Origin: Escherichia coli
GTDB taxonomy: Bacteria > Pseudomonadota > Gammaproteobacteria > Enterobacterales > Enterobacteriaceae
NCBI RefSeq assembly: GCF_003334815.1
Contig: NZ_QOWO01000011.1
Length of the DNA: 64,000 nucleotides
Reading direction: 5' to 3' (one strand)
The notes below the pieces were generated by a model. It saw only the letters and a list, made by a program, of their open reading frames with translations. It had not been told where the DNA came from and ran no database searches. A program made the translations under genes and the position numbers. How positions within the stretch are numbered: the stretch's first letter is position 1; each line of letters begins with the position of its first letter. Positions 1-15,005 of the stretch are shown piece by piece.

Positions 1-1626
1 ACCCTTGGGCAAACAGAATTTCACTTTGCTGGATTAAACTCCACAAAGCGTAGTGCCAGACATCGTGCTGGCGTGCCATCTGTTCGGTTTGCTGCATTAG
101 CGCCAGTGAGCGGGTCAATTCGCCTTTGCAGTGCAGCACTTCACCCAGCACCGAGGTTGCCACAATGCGGCTATAGAACCAGCCCGGCGGCAGCTCTTCC
201 AGTGCCAGTTTTGCCAGCCGTTCCGCTTCATCCGGATTACCATCGTTAATCGCCACCTGGGCGCGCAGAGCGTTAAATTCTGCGTGCATGGTGTCTTCTC
301 TGATGTCCTTGATTTCATGTTCAGCACGGGCTAGCAGGGTGTTAACTTCGCCGTAGCGATGTTGGCTTTGCATCAGCCACGCCTGCAATAACACCAACTG
401 CGGATTTTCCAGCAAGCTGTCCCACGGCAGGGCCTTAAGCGACTCTTCCAGCAGCGACAGTTCGCTATGGTTGAACAGACTCCAGGCGTGATTAAGCAGA
501 ATATCGCGCAGCATCAGCGCATCGCCTGCCGCCAGCGCATGATGAATCGCTTCGCTGGGAAATCCCTGGGCCATCCAGCTTTCTGCGGCGGCACGGTGGA
601 TTTCCGGCAGCTCCGCCGCCAGTTCCCACTGGCAGCGCTGGCGCAGGAAGTTACCAAACAGCGGGTGATAGCAGAACCACTCGCCGGTATCATCTATCCG
701 CTGTAAAAACAGCCCCTGACGCTCAATCTCTTCGAGGCGCATTTGCCCGTTTTCTTCGCCGGTCACACGGGTGATGAGGGCATCGTTCATTGAGCGCAAA
801 ATGGCGCTTTTCAACAGAAAATGGCGCGTTGCGAGATCGACGTTATCCAAAACCTCATCGACCAGATAATCCGAAAGATGGCTGGCATTGATTCCCGCCA
901 GGCGGCGTGCCGACTTATGGGCTGAGTGGGTATTCTGCCGGGCGGAGAGGGCGATTAGCTGTAGTGCCGTCGCCCAACCGGAAACGTCATCGCAAATCCG
1001 ACTGCTTTCTGCGGCTTCAATCGGCGATGACAGACGGCAATCAAAAAACTGCTTCGCTTCCTGATGGGTAAATGCCAGTTGCTGACTGCCAATTTCCAGC
1101 AGTTGATCACGAACACGCAGATTGGCAATGCCCAGTTGCGGAAGGTTGCGTGACAACACCACCAGGGTGAGATTTTCTGGTTGATGGCGAATAAAGAAGC
1201 GCATTGACTCGTGGATCACTGGATTAGTGATCAGATGATAGTCATCGATGACCAGATAAAGTGGGCTATGCCATTCCGCCAGCTCAATGAAAAGCTGGGC
1301 GAAGAGTGACGTCAGGCTGGCATATTGCCGTTTTTGCGCCATCGTCTCACATATCGCACAGTGACCGTTGGTTGCCTGCTGCACGGCGGCAATGAGATAG
1401 CTGGCGAAACGCTCTTGCTGGTTATCACCTTCATCCAGCGAGTACCAGCCGATATCGTTTTTGCCTGCCGCCCACTGGGAAATGAGGGTGGTCTTTCCGT
1501 AGCCCGCAGGACTCGTGATCAGCGCCAGCCGGAAGTTGTTCGCGCCGGAAAGTTTAGCCAGCAGGCGCTCACGAACCACGGTATGGTCGAGTCGAACCGG
1601 ACGACTTAGTTTTGACGGAATCAGCA
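1..1626 (-). CDS. malT: MalT, maltose regulon transcriptional activator; 5-prime part only (first 542 codons, gene continues past window start)
   Basis: Reverse-strand translation from ATG at 1624-1626 reads [47 protein letters not shown] (Walker A) and stays open to position 1. Absent from ORF track because no stop lies inside the window. Confidence 0.95.
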
Positions 1627-1739
1627 TAGTTAATCACTTCACTGTGGAAAATGAGGAAATATTATTTTTTTTGCGCTTCGTAATTAATGGTTATAAGGTC
1701 GGCCAGAAACCTTTCTAATGCAAGCGATGACGTTTTTTT

Positions 1740-1768
1740 ATGTGTCTGAATTTGCACTGTGTCACAAT
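1740..1768. promoter_or_regulatory. Putative CRP-binding region in malT promoter
   Basis: Imperfect TGTGA-like inverted repeat (tgtgtctgaatttgcactgtgtcacaatt) about 115-140 bp upstream of malT ATG; recalled that malT is CRP-activated. Confidence 0.35.
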
Positions 1769-2124
1769 TCCAAATCTTTATTAACAACTCACCTAAAACG
1801 ACGCTGATCCAGCGTGAATACTGGTTTCCCTTATGTTCATCAGATTCATTTAAGCAAGGGTTTCTTCTTCATTCCTGATGAAAGTGCCATCTAAAAAGAT
1901 GATCTTAATAAATCTATTAAGAATGAGATGGAGCACACTGGATATTTTACTTATGAAACTGTTTCACTCCTTTACTTAATTTATAGAGTTACCTTCCGCT
2001 TTTTGAAAATACGCAACGGCCATTTTTTGCACTTAGATACAGATTTTCTGCGCTGTATTGCATTGATTTGATGCTAATCCTGTGGTTTGCACTAGCTTTA
2101 AGTGGTTGAGATCACATTTCCTTG

Positions 2125-2171
2125 CTCATCCCCGCAACTCCTCCCTGCCTAATCCCCCGCAGGATGAGGAA
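2125..2171. promoter_or_regulatory. MalT boxes of malPQ promoter
   Basis: Reverse complement of gctcatcccc (2125-2134) = GGGGATGAGC and ggatgaggaa (2162-2171) match MalT box consensus GGGGA(T/G)GAGG; 70-115 bp upstream of malP ATG. Confidence 0.55.
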
Positions 2172-2214
2172 GGTCAACATCGAGCCTGGCAAACTAGCGA
2201 TAACGTTGTGTTGA

Positions 2215-4632
<2,418 letters not shown>

Positions 4633-4641
4633 GGAAGCTCG

Positions 4642-6726
4642 ATGGAAAGCAAACGTCTGGATAATGCCGCGCTGGCGGCGGGGATTAGCCCCAATTACAT
4701 CAATGCCCACGGTAAACCGCAGTCGATTAGCGCCGAAACCAAACGGCGTTTGCTTGACGCGATGCATCAACGTACCGCCACGAAAGTGGCGGTAACGCCA
4801 GTCCCGAATGTCATGGTTTATACCAGCGGCAAAAAAATGCCGATGGTGGTGGAGGGCAGCGGCGAATATAGCTGGCTGCTGACCACCGAAGAAGGAACGC
4901 AGTACAAAGGCCATGTAACGGGGGGCAAAGCGTTCAATCTACCGACGAAGCTGCCGGAAGGTTATCACACGCTGACACTCACCCAGGACGACCAGCGCGC
5001 GCATTGCCGGGTGATTGTCGCCCCGAAACGCTGTTACGAACCGCAGGCGTTGCTGAATAAACAAAAGCTGTGGGGTGCCTGCGTTCAGCTTTATACGCTG
5101 CGATCGGAAAAAAACTGGGGTATTGGGGATTTTGGCGATCTCAAAGCGATGCTGGTGGATGTGGCAAAACGTGGCGGGTCGTTCATTGGCCTGAACCCGA
5201 TTCATGCGCTCTATCCGGCAAATCCGGAGAGCGCCAGCCCATACAGCCCGTCTTCTCGCCGTTGGCTGAATGTGATTTATATCGACGTTAACGCCGTTGA
5301 AGATTTCCATCTTAGCGAAGAGGCTCAGGCCTGGTGGCAGTTGCCGACCACGCAACAGACGCTGCAACAGGCGCGCGATGCCGACTGGGTCGATTACTCC
5401 ACGGTTACCGCCCTAAAAATGACAGCATTACGAATGGCGTGGAAAGGTTTCGCGCAACGTGATGATGAGCAGATGGCCGCGTTTCGCCAGTTTGTTGCAG
5501 AGCAGGGCGACAGCCTGTTCTGGCAGGCAGCCTTTGATGCGCTACATGCCCAGCAAGTGAAAGAGGACGAAATGCGCTGGGGCTGGCCTGCATGGCCAGA
5601 GATGTATCAGAACGTGGATTCACCAGAAGTGCGTCAGTTCTGCGAAGAACATCGTGATGACGTCGATTTTTATCTCTGGTTGCAGTGGCTGGCTTACAGC
5701 CAGTTTGCCGCCTGCTGGGAGATAAGCCAGGGCTATGAAATGCCGATTGGCTTGTATCGTGATCTGGCGGTTGGCGTAGCGGAAGGTGGGGCGGAAACCT
5801 GGTGTGACCGTGAACTATATTGCCTGAAAGCATCGGTTGGCGCGCCGCCGGATATCCTCGGCCCGTTGGGGCAGAACTGGGGATTACCGCCAATGGACCC
5901 GCATATCATCACCGCGCGTGCCTATGAACCGTTTATCGAGCTGTTGCGTGCCAATATGCAAAACTGCGGCGCATTACGAATTGACCATGTGATGTCGATG
6001 CTGCGTTTGTGGTGGATACCGTATGGCGAGACGGCAGATCAGGGCGCGTATGTTCACTATCCGGTGGATGATCTGCTCTCGATTCTGGCACTCGAAAGTA
6101 AACGTCATCGCTGTATGGTGATTGGTGAAGATCTCGGTACCGTACCGGTAGAGATTGTCGGTAAGCTGCGCAGCAGCGGTGTGTACTCTTACAAAGTGCT
6201 CTATTTCGAAAACGACCACGAGAAGACGTTCCGTGCACCGAAAGCGTATCCGGAGCAGTCGATGGCGGTTGCGGCGACACATGACCTGCCAACGCTGCGC
6301 GGTTACTGGGAGAGCGGGGATCTAACGCTGGGCAAAACCCTGGGGCTGTATCCGGATGAAGTGGTACTGCGCGGTCTGTATCAGGATCGCGAACTGGCGA
6401 AGCAAGGGCTGCTGGATGCACTGCATAAATATGGTTGTCTGCCGAAACGTGCCGGGCATAAGGCATCGTTGATGTCGATGACGCCGACGCTGAACCGTGG
6501 TTTGCAGCGCTACATTGCCGACAGTAACAGTGCTCTGTTAGGACTACAGCCGGAAGACTGGCTGGATATGGCCGAACCGGTGAATATTCCTGGCACCAGT
6601 TACCAGTATAAAAACTGGCGACGCAAGCTTTCCGCAACGCTTGAGTCGATGTTTGCCGATGATGGCGTGAACAAGTTGCTGAAGGATTTGGACAGACGGC
6701 GCAGAGCTGCAGCGAAGAAGAAGTAG
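4642..6726 (+). CDS. malQ: 4-alpha-glucanotransferase (amylomaltase)
   Basis: 694-aa ORF MESKRLDNAALAAGISPNYINAHGKPQ; operon partner of malP. Confidence 0.97.
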   Translation: MESKRLDNAALAAGISPNYINAHGKPQSISAETKRRLLDAMHQRTATKVAVTPVPNVMVYTSGKKMPMVVEGSGEYSWLLTTEEGTQYKGHVTGGKAFNLPTKLPEGYHTLTLTQDDQRAHCRVIVAPKRCYEPQALLNKQKLWGACVQLYTLRSEKNWGIGDFGDLKAMLVDVAKRGGSFIGLNPIHALYPANPESASPYSPSSRRWLNVIYIDVNAVEDFHLSEEAQAWWQLPTTQQTLQQARDADWVDYSTVTALKMTALRMAWKGFAQRDDEQMAAFRQFVAEQGDSLFWQAAFDALHAQQVKEDEMRWGWPAWPEMYQNVDSPEVRQFCEEHRDDVDFYLWLQWLAYSQFAACWEISQGYEMPIGLYRDLAVGVAEGGAETWCDRELYCLKASVGAPPDILGPLGQNWGLPPMDPHIITARAYEPFIELLRANMQNCGALRIDHVMSMLRLWWIPYGETADQGAYVHYPVDDLLSILALESKRHRCMVIGEDLGTVPVEIVGKLRSSGVYSYKVLYFENDHEKTFRAPKAYPEQSMAVAATHDLPTLRGYWESGDLTLGKTLGLYPDEVVLRGLYQDRELAKQGLLDALHKYGCLPKRAGHKASLMSMTPTLNRGLQRYIADSNSALLGLQPEDWLDMAEPVNIPGTSYQYKNWRRKLSATLESMFADDGVNKLLKDLDRRRRAAAKKK

Positions 6727-6738
6727 AGTGCGGTTGAT

Positions 6739-6826
6739 GCCGGATGCGATGCTTGACGCGTCTTATCCGGCCTACTAATTCATCCCGAATCGTAGGCCGG
6801 ATAAGGCGGTCACGCCGCATCCGGCA
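6739..6826. repeat. BIME: two inverted REP elements between convergent malQ and gntT
   Basis: gccggatgcgatgcttgacgcgtcttatccggcctac (6739-6775) and inverted copy gtaggccggataaggcggtcacgccgcatccggca (6792-6826); classic REP motif GCCGGATG...TTATCCGGCCTAC. Confidence 0.85.
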
Positions 6827-6836
6827 GTCAGTGTTA

Positions 6837-8153
6837 TCAAATCACCATATTCAGCAGCAGACAGCCTACCAGACCGCACACCGAGATAATGGTTTCCAGC
6901 ATCGACCAGGATTTGATGGTCTCGCCGATAGTCAGGTTAAAGTACTCTTTGAACAGCCAGAAGCCCGGATCGTTCACATGAGAGAAAATCACACTACCGG
7001 AACCAACCGCAATAACCATCAGCTCCGGGCTAACACCCGTCGTTGCAATCAGCGGTGCCGCGATACCACCCGCAGTGATTGCCGCAACGGTTGCGGAACC
7101 CAGCGCGATACGCAGTACGGCAGCAATCGACCAGGCCATCAGCAGCGGAGAAATGTTGGTTTCGTGCATCATGGAAGCAATGTATTTGTCCACGCCGCTG
7201 TCTACCAGCACCTGCTTGAACGCACCGCCACCACCGATGATCAACAGCATCATCGCAATGATTTTGATGGAAGAAACCAGCGTGTCGTTAATCTGATCCA
7301 TTGAACGACCACGGTTTAGACCAAAGGTGAACATCGCAATCAGCACGGCAATCAGCGTTGCCATTACCGGGTCACCGAGGAACTCCGCTACCGGCAGGAA
7401 AGCGTGACCTTTCGGCAGGATCATTTCGGCAATCGCACGCATCGCCATCAGTACTACCGGCACCAGAGAGGTCCAGACGCTGACGCCAAAGCTCGGCATC
7501 TCTTCTTCGCTGAAGGTTTTCGCGCTGTAGAGACCTTCCGGAATTGGCTTATCGATACCTTTCAACACGCGAGCGTAAACCGGACCGGCGAGAATCACGG
7601 TCGGGATTGCCAGAATAGTACCGTACAGCAGGGTTTTACCCATATCGGCATTGAAAATGGTGGCAATCGCAGTCGGACCCGGATGCGGTGGCAGGAAGCC
7701 GTGGGTCACAGACAGTGCAGCCGCCATTGGTACACCAACATACAGCAGTGGAATATTCGCAGAAGCCGCGATGGTAAACACCAGCGGCAGCATCAGCACA
7801 AAGCCCACTTCATAGAACAGGGCAAAACCAACGGTAAAACCGGTCAGTACCACCGCCCACTGGATGTGTTTTTTACCAAATTTGGCAATCAGCGTGGTGG
7901 CGATACGTTGTGCGCCACCGCAGTCTGCCAGCATTTTGCCCAGCATTGCGCCAAAACCCATGATCAGGGCAAGGCTACCGAGCGTCCCGCCGACACCGGC
8001 TTTGATGGAGCCAATAACTTTATCCAGCGGCATTCCTTGCATTAATCCAACAGCAAGCGCCACGAGGACGAGAGCGATGAAGCCGTTCATTTTGAAGCGG
8101 ATCATCAGGAGCAACAACAAGATTACACCGATAGCAACAATGACTAATGGCAT
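6837..8153 (-). CDS. gntT: High-affinity gluconate:H+ symporter
   Basis: 438-aa hydrophobic ORF MPLVIVAIGVILLLLLMIRFKMNGF, GntP family. Confidence 0.95.
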   Translation of the reverse strand: MPLVIVAIGVILLLLLMIRFKMNGFIALVLVALAVGLMQGMPLDKVIGSIKAGVGGTLGSLALIMGFGAMLGKMLADCGGAQRIATTLIAKFGKKHIQWAVVLTGFTVGFALFYEVGFVLMLPLVFTIAASANIPLLYVGVPMAAALSVTHGFLPPHPGPTAIATIFNADMGKTLLYGTILAIPTVILAGPVYARVLKGIDKPIPEGLYSAKTFSEEEMPSFGVSVWTSLVPVVLMAMRAIAEMILPKGHAFLPVAEFLGDPVMATLIAVLIAMFTFGLNRGRSMDQINDTLVSSIKIIAMMLLIIGGGGAFKQVLVDSGVDKYIASMMHETNISPLLMAWSIAAVLRIALGSATVAAITAGGIAAPLIATTGVSPELMVIAVGSGSVIFSHVNDPGFWLFKEYFNLTIGETIKSWSMLETIISVCGLVGCLLLNMVI

Positions 8154-8172
8154 GATTTACCTGGCCTTTCAT

Positions 8173-8188
8173 TTGTTATGGGTAACGT
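8173..8188. promoter_or_regulatory. Putative GntR operator 1 (gntT promoter)
   Basis: ttgttatgggtaacgt resembles GntR operator palindrome ATGTTA-N4-TAACAT; 20-35 bp upstream of gntT ATG. Confidence 0.45.
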
Positions 8189-8313
8189 CAATTTTCTGAC
8201 GACAAACTCTAATTATCCCAATCGGGAACAGAGATATTGCGGCACCACGACTGATACCCACTAAAACTAATTATTGTAGTCAGATGTCAGGAGTATGTTT
8301 GGTACCCATGTGA

Positions 8314-8329
8314 ATGATACGGGTAACAT
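8314..8329. promoter_or_regulatory. Putative GntR operator 2 (gntT promoter)
   Basis: tgatacgggtaacatc resembles ATGTTA-N4-TAACAT. Confidence 0.45.
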
Positions 8330-8456
8330 CTGGCGTTTGAGAATCACCAGAGCGGGGTAAATTTAAATTATGAGAGGTTGGTCATATTATCGCGGGGAAA
8401 CGAACCGAGGATTTGACAAAGCAATGCTGCGCCAACGTCTGGCACATGTTCAACGT

Positions 8457-8512
<56 letters not shown>

Positions 8513-9088
8513 TTAGTAGTAGGAGTGTTCGCCGCGCTGGTGTTCGGTGAGATCGCGCACACCTTTCAGCTCCGGGAATTCGTTCAGCAGCTGCTTCTCG
8601 ATCCCTTCTTTCAGCGTCACATCGACCATGGAACAACCGTTACAGCCGCCGCCAAATTGCAGAATGGCGTAACCGTCTTCGGTGATTTCCATCAGCGAAA
8701 CGCGACCACCGTGACCAGCAAGCTGTGGGTTGATCTGCGACTGCAGCATATACTCCACGCGCTCCATCAGCGGTGCATCGTCTGCCACTTTACGCATTTT
8801 GGCGTTCGGGGCTTTCAGCGTTAACTGGGAACCCAACTGGTCGGTAACAAAATCGATCTCTGCATCTTCCAGGTATGGTGCGCTTAACTCATCAACATAC
8901 GCGGTCAGCAGGTCAAATTTCAGGGCTGTGTCGGTGGCTTCCACAGCGTCCGGCGGACAATAAGAAACGCCACATTCAGCGTTAGGCGTGCCAGGGTTAA
9001 TCACAAATACGCGGATTTGTGTCCCTTCTTCCTGATTTGCCAGCAGTTTGGCAAAGTGCGCTTGTGCAGCATCGGAAATACGGATCAT
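8513..9088 (-). CDS. nfuA: Fe/S cluster biogenesis protein NfuA
   Basis: 191-aa [32 protein letters not shown]; C-terminal Nfu domain with CxxC (GGCNGCSM). Confidence 0.95.
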
Positions 9089-9146
9089 AGTAATGGCCTA
9101 ATAGTTGACTATTTTAGTTGGTTATAATACGCCCATCATCGAGGCT

Positions 9147-10638
<1,492 letters not shown>

Positions 10639-10666
10639 GTGGCTTTTGAAATGGCGAGACAGAACT

Positions 10667-11545
10667 TTACTGACTCGCCGCAGCCAACTCTTCTTCTGAC
10701 AGCCCGGTAAAGCGCATGATGTCTGCAAGAGGAACTCCGGATTCAAGCATTATTTTGGCTATATGCAGGGCTTTGGATTGTTCCCCCTCCTGCCGCAATC
10801 TTTCCGCAATAGTCATTAAACTCTCCTTGTGTTTCGGTGAACGTTCGGCAACGCCGTCGATAAAATCGTTAAAACGTACAGCGTCGCCAGTTTGCAGTAT
10901 GTAATTAAACAGCCCTTTGATTTGTCTGTCATTAGCGTATCCACTACTTAATAAGCAGGCCATTTGCTCTACCAGCCCCATCAGGTCGCGTTGACGAATA
11001 TGTTTTTGAATTAACTCCAGCAGCGCCATACGTCGGTGCTGCATGATTTCATCATCAGGCATGACGGTGACATCAATCAGCGGAAATGCGGAGGCATAAA
11101 GCTGCCTTGCCAGTTTGGGATCGGCGAAACAATCCAGCCAACACAGCGAATAGGGATAGGGGCTTTCAATACCGTGGTAAAACAACAATGGCACCACCAT
11201 CGGCAACGTTTTGTATCCAGCATCAAGGTGATTTTGCATTGCGGCAATAGCGTAACGCATCATGCGAAATGCGATCAGTTTGTTTGAGGTGCTTTGATGT
11301 TCAATCAGACAATAGATGTATCCTGGTCCTTGTTCCGTTTTCACCGACCACAGCACATCGGAATAGCTTTCACGCAGATCGTCATCAATAAAGCTGCTCG
11401 ACTCCAGCTTGAGGGTTTTCATATCACAAAGCGCGTGAATGGGTGCCGGTAAATGAAACGCAAGAAAATCACGAGCCGTGTCCGGTTGGCGTAAAAAGAG
11501 TTTGAACAGCGCATCGTGTGGGGTGGAACTCTGCTTTTTGCTCAT
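10667..11545 (-). CDS. rpnA: Recombination-promoting nuclease RpnA (transposase_31/PDDEXK-like family)
   Basis: 292-aa [36 protein letters not shown], matches YhgA; no flanking inverted repeats. Confidence 0.9.
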   Translation of the reverse strand: MSKKQSSTPHDALFKLFLRQPDTARDFLAFHLPAPIHALCDMKTLKLESSSFIDDDLRESYSDVLWSVKTEQGPGYIYCLIEHQSTSNKLIAFRMMRYAIAAMQNHLDAGYKTLPMVVPLLFYHGIESPYPYSLCWLDCFADPKLARQLYASAFPLIDVTVMPDDEIMQHRRMALLELIQKHIRQRDLMGLVEQMACLLSSGYANDRQIKGLFNYILQTGDAVRFNDFIDGVAERSPKHKESLMTIAERLRQEGEQSKALHIAKIMLESGVPLADIMRFTGLSEEELAAASQ

Positions 11546-11690
11546 GGCGTTCCTTCACCTGTTGTTTGAATGCCGCGACTCTACGCGCCACTCCACACCT
11601 GTGTATTAGCGAGTTTTCATCCCTGCGAGATGCTTTCAAAGGAACTTACGCCGTGCTGCAAGAGTTGCATTTTTATGGAAAGCCGCACGC

Positions 11691-11722
11691 AAAAAAGCCC
11701 GGATGCAGACGCATACCGGGCT
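11691..11722 (-). terminator. Rho-independent terminator downstream of feoC
   Basis: Stem gcccgg/ccgggc (11697-11702 and 11716-11721) followed on minus strand by TTTTTT (complement of 11691-11696); about 27 bp past feoC stop. Confidence 0.7.
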
Positions 11723-11747
11723 TTCCAAAACAGGCGATGGAGTAAGG

Positions 11748-11984
11748 TTAACGCAGCGCCCACCACTCGCGCAGACAGGCTTTTCCTTCCGGGCAGCTTT
11801 TACAACTGCCAGAGAGGCAGCCGTCAGGTTCTTCCTGAATCCGCACGGCTTTGCCCATACTTTCCAGTTGTTGCAGCATGGCGTTAATCATTGGCTGTGG
11901 AGTGTTCAATGTCTGGCTTATCTGGGCCGCTTCCATACGGCCCCGTAACGCCAGCAAATCGCGCACCTGAATAAGTGAAGCCAT
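11748..11984 (-). CDS. feoC: Ferrous iron transport protein FeoC (winged-helix, Cys-rich)
   Basis: Track ORF trimmed to ATG at 11982-11984 giving 78 aa [21 protein letters not shown]...[15 protein letters not shown]; start overlaps feoB stop by 1 nt (TAATG). Confidence 0.9.
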   Translation of the reverse strand: MASLIQVRDLLALRGRMEAAQISQTLNTPQPMINAMLQQLESMGKAVRIQEEPDGCLSGSCKSCPEGKACLREWWALR

Positions 11985-14305
11985 TAATGGCAATCACCGG
12001 TGGTGCTGGCTGCGCAGCAACTGCTTACCGACTTGCGGGTTGCCAGCAGTTCGATATCCACCCGGCTACGCGCGCGGCGCAGCAGACCGATAACCACGAT
12101 GTTAAACAGGATAACCGCCAGAATGCACACCAGGCTGTAAGTTGGATGCTGACTGTAGCTGGCGACCTGATAGAACAATGTTGCCAGTGAGTAAGCGATA
12201 TTCAGCCCCCACAGGATGGAGAAGCCCATCCAGCCACGGCTTGATTCACGGGCGATAGCCCCCATCACCGAGATACATGGTACATACAGCAGGACGAAAA
12301 TCAGGTAGCTGTAAGCTGCTGCTGCGCTACCGAATTTCTGATCCATCACGCCCATCGCCCCGGTACCCATTTCGCCGTCGCCTTTGCTGGCTTCAATGGG
12401 GTTCATCAGTACGCTAAGGCTGAAGGTGTCTTTCAGGCTCTGCCAGGTTTCATCTATCGCACTGAACAGCTCTTCACCGAGGTTAAATTCTGCCGGATTG
12501 AACTCTTCGTCCTGAATATTTTCTGCGGTGTAGAGGGTGTTGAGCGTACCCACTACCACTTCTTTCGCCATGGCACCTGTAAACAGGCCAACCGTTGCCT
12601 GCCAGTTATCTTCATGCACGCCAATTGGCTTGAAGACCGGGGTGATCACCCGGCTGACGGACGCCAGCGCCGAGTCGTTGATGTTATCGACGATTTTCCC
12701 GCTCAGCGAGAAGCTGTTGAAAGCGCTCAGGAAAATGCTGACGATGATGATCACTTTACCAGCACGCAGAACGAAGCCTTTCAGACGCTGCCAGGTCTGG
12801 ATAATCAGGCTTTTAACGTGTGGTACATGATAGACCGGCAACTCCATGACAAACGGCGTCGCTTCACCGCGCATGATGGTGTACTTGAGCATCAGGCCAG
12901 TCAGCACCGCCATCACAATACCCAGCATATACAGCGAGAAGACCGCCAGCGCACCGTTCTGCCCGAAGAAGGCAGCCGCGAATACTGCGAAGATAGCCAG
13001 ACGCGCGCCGCAGGACATAAACGGTGCCATCATGATGGTCATCAGACGTTCACGCGGTGCATCAAGCGTACGTGCACCCATTACCGACGGTACGTTACAA
13101 CCGAAACCGACGATCAGCGGCACAAAGGATTTCCCCGGCAAGCCCAGCGCCTGCATCAGACGGTCCATCACAAACGCCGCACGCGCCATATACCCGGAGT
13201 CCTCAAGGAAGGAGAGGAACAGGTACATCATGCCAATCTGCGGCACCAGTGGCAGCACGGTGTTAATGCCGCCACCCAGGCCCTGGGCGAGGAAGATAGT
13301 CAGCCAGTCCGGGAAGTGGAGCGTGTAGCCAATCCATTGAATACCATGCACAAATAGCGCCACGGAGCCGACGTCAAACAGCGGCTGTAACGCCCCGCCG
13401 ATGTTGATAGCCAGCAGGAACATCAGGTACATCACAAAGAGGAAAATCGGCAGACCGAGGAAACGGTTGAGCACGATTTTATCTACCGCAGTGGTGAAAC
13501 GGCTGGGTTCTGCCGTCAGGGTGTTGCTTACCACATCACAGATGGCAGCAATGCACTGGTAACGCGCATCGGCAATGTGCAGCGCCGGATCGTCCATCTC
13601 ATTACGCAGACGGGCGAGGGCGGCATCCAGATGCTGCGACGCTTCACCGGCGTAGGCGCGGCTGTAGATATCGCCTTCCAGCATTTGCAGGCCCAGCCAG
13701 CGACGTTGTTTCAGCGGGATGTCGGAAGGCATCACTTTTGCCAGTGAATCTGCTTCGTTGAGCAGCGGCTGTGCGTAATGCACCAGTTCCACATTCTCGT
13801 TAGCTTTATAGCGATCAATCGCCAGCTTGAGCGCTTCAATACCGCGACCACGGGTTGAAACCAGCGGGATCACCGGACAGCCCAGACGCGCCGACAGAGC
13901 ATCAATTTCAATACGAATATTTTGCTTCTCGGCAATGTCGAGCATGTTCAGTGCCACAATGCAGGGAATGCCGAGTTCCAGCAGTTGTAGCGTCAGGTAC
14001 AGGTTACGCTCAAGGTTAGACGCATCCACCACGTTAATCAGCAGGTCGGCGTCGCCACTCAAAATGTAGTGACAGGCGATTTGCTCATCGAGCGAGGTCT
14101 GCGATGAGATGGTGGTCAGAGAATAGGTGCCGGGCAGGTCCACCAGCGTGACCTGATGATCGGTGGTGGAGAATTGCCCTTCTTTACGTTCGACGGTAAC
14201 GCCAGCCCAGTTACCTACACGCTGACGTGAGCCAGTGAGCTGGTTAAATAACGTTGTCTTGCCAGAATTTGGATTACCAATTAAGCCAATGGTTAATTTT
14301 TTCAT
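11984..14305 (-). CDS. feoB: Ferrous iron transporter FeoB (N-terminal GTPase plus membrane permease)
   Basis: Track ORF trimmed to ATG 14303-14305 giving 773 aa [25 protein letters not shown] (G1 motif). Confidence 0.96.
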   Translation of the reverse strand: MKKLTIGLIGNPNSGKTTLFNQLTGSRQRVGNWAGVTVERKEGQFSTTDHQVTLVDLPGTYSLTTISSQTSLDEQIACHYILSGDADLLINVVDASNLERNLYLTLQLLELGIPCIVALNMLDIAEKQNIRIEIDALSARLGCPVIPLVSTRGRGIEALKLAIDRYKANENVELVHYAQPLLNEADSLAKVMPSDIPLKQRRWLGLQMLEGDIYSRAYAGEASQHLDAALARLRNEMDDPALHIADARYQCIAAICDVVSNTLTAEPSRFTTAVDKIVLNRFLGLPIFLFVMYLMFLLAINIGGALQPLFDVGSVALFVHGIQWIGYTLHFPDWLTIFLAQGLGGGINTVLPLVPQIGMMYLFLSFLEDSGYMARAAFVMDRLMQALGLPGKSFVPLIVGFGCNVPSVMGARTLDAPRERLMTIMMAPFMSCGARLAIFAVFAAAFFGQNGALAVFSLYMLGIVMAVLTGLMLKYTIMRGEATPFVMELPVYHVPHVKSLIIQTWQRLKGFVLRAGKVIIIVSIFLSAFNSFSLSGKIVDNINDSALASVSRVITPVFKPIGVHEDNWQATVGLFTGAMAKEVVVGTLNTLYTAENIQDEEFNPAEFNLGEELFSAIDETWQSLKDTFSLSVLMNPIEASKGDGEMGTGAMGVMDQKFGSAAAAYSYLIFVLLYVPCISVMGAIARESSRGWMGFSILWGLNIAYSLATLFYQVASYSQHPTYSLVCILAVILFNIVVIGLLRRARSRVDIELLATRKSVSSCCAASTTGDCH

Positions 14306-14321
14306 TGTTGTTATCACCGTA

Positions 14322-14549
14322 TTAACAGGAAACCGCTTCCACTTCTAATAAGGCCAGATCTTTTTTGCGTAATACCAGGCTCACACGACGGGTTTCGATA
14401 TGAATGGGGTCGCCGAGTGGAGCGACGCGCACCACATTAAAAGAGGAGCCAGGTAACATGCCAAGAGAAAGCAGTTTTTGGCGATATGCCGGGCTGATTT
14501 CACGGGAAAAGCCAGTGATTTTCCACGCAGTATCTGGAGTGTATTGCAT
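14322..14549 (-). CDS. feoA: Ferrous iron transport protein FeoA
   Basis: 75-aa [37 protein letters not shown]. Confidence 0.95.
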   Translation of the reverse strand: MQYTPDTAWKITGFSREISPAYRQKLLSLGMLPGSSFNVVRVAPLGDPIHIETRRVSLVLRKKDLALLEVEAVSC

Positions 14550-14659
14550 AGGTGCCTACTTGTTTCTCATTAACTGGATAACTACCTCATGGGGCGTTTG
14601 ACAGCGACATGAGACCAGATGATTTGCCAACAAAGGAGAGATTAAATAATCAACAACAC

Positions 14660-14684
14660 AATGATAATGAGAATGGTTTCTATC
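14660..14684. promoter_or_regulatory. Putative Fur box in feoA promoter
   Basis: tgataatgagaatggtttctatc resembles Fur consensus GATAATGATAATCATTATC; about 110 bp upstream of feoA ATG. Confidence 0.55.
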
Positions 14685-14737
14685 AGCAATACTTAAAATG
14701 TGTGCGAATGTTGGTTTGAATAATAATCTGACTCAAT

Positions 14738-14751
14738 GTTGATGTGGCTCA
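14738..14751. promoter_or_regulatory. Putative FNR site in feoA promoter
   Basis: ttgatgtggctcaa matches TTGAT-N4-ATCAA in 9 of 10 positions; upstream of the Fur box relative to feoA. Confidence 0.4.
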
Positions 14752-14880
14752 AGGTTATATCGCAGCGAAAATATAATTCGAATAGTGAATTACCCGGACT
14801 GGCTAATGTTTAATTAAGGTTTCAGTTGTTAATGAAATGATAAATATTGCCGGAATATATTATGAGTTTGGCTGTGGAAT

Positions 14881-14912
14881 AAAAATGCCGGAGATATTCT
14901 CCGGCACTTTTA
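14881..14912. terminator. Bidirectional hairpin terminator downstream of yhgF
   Basis: aaaaatgccggagatattctccggcacttttat: stem gccggag/ctccggc flanked by A-run and T-run. Confidence 0.65.
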
Positions 14913-14930
14913 TGTCAGGCAAGGCGTTCG

Positions 14931-14967
14931 TTGCCAGATGCGGCGTGAACGCCTTATCTGCCCTACG
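14931..14967. repeat. REP-like element
   Basis: ttgccagatgcggcgtgaacgccttatctgccctacg, a degenerate REP; a second partial REP (cgtaggccagtacgggcg) overlaps the yhgF stop. Confidence 0.6.
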
Positions 14968-15005
14968 ATTTCGTGCAAATTCGAACCGTAGGCCAGTACG
15001 GGCGT

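Noticed and set aside
6739-6826. REP/BIME repeats considered as a possible CRISPR array
   Set aside because: Copies are inverted relative to each other, occur singly or in pairs at gene ends, and lack regular repeat-spacer periodicity; no cas genes nearby.
10667-11545. yhgA/rpnA considered as an active IS or transposon insertion
   Set aside because: No terminal inverted repeats or target-site duplication seen; neighbouring genes are intact and closely spaced.
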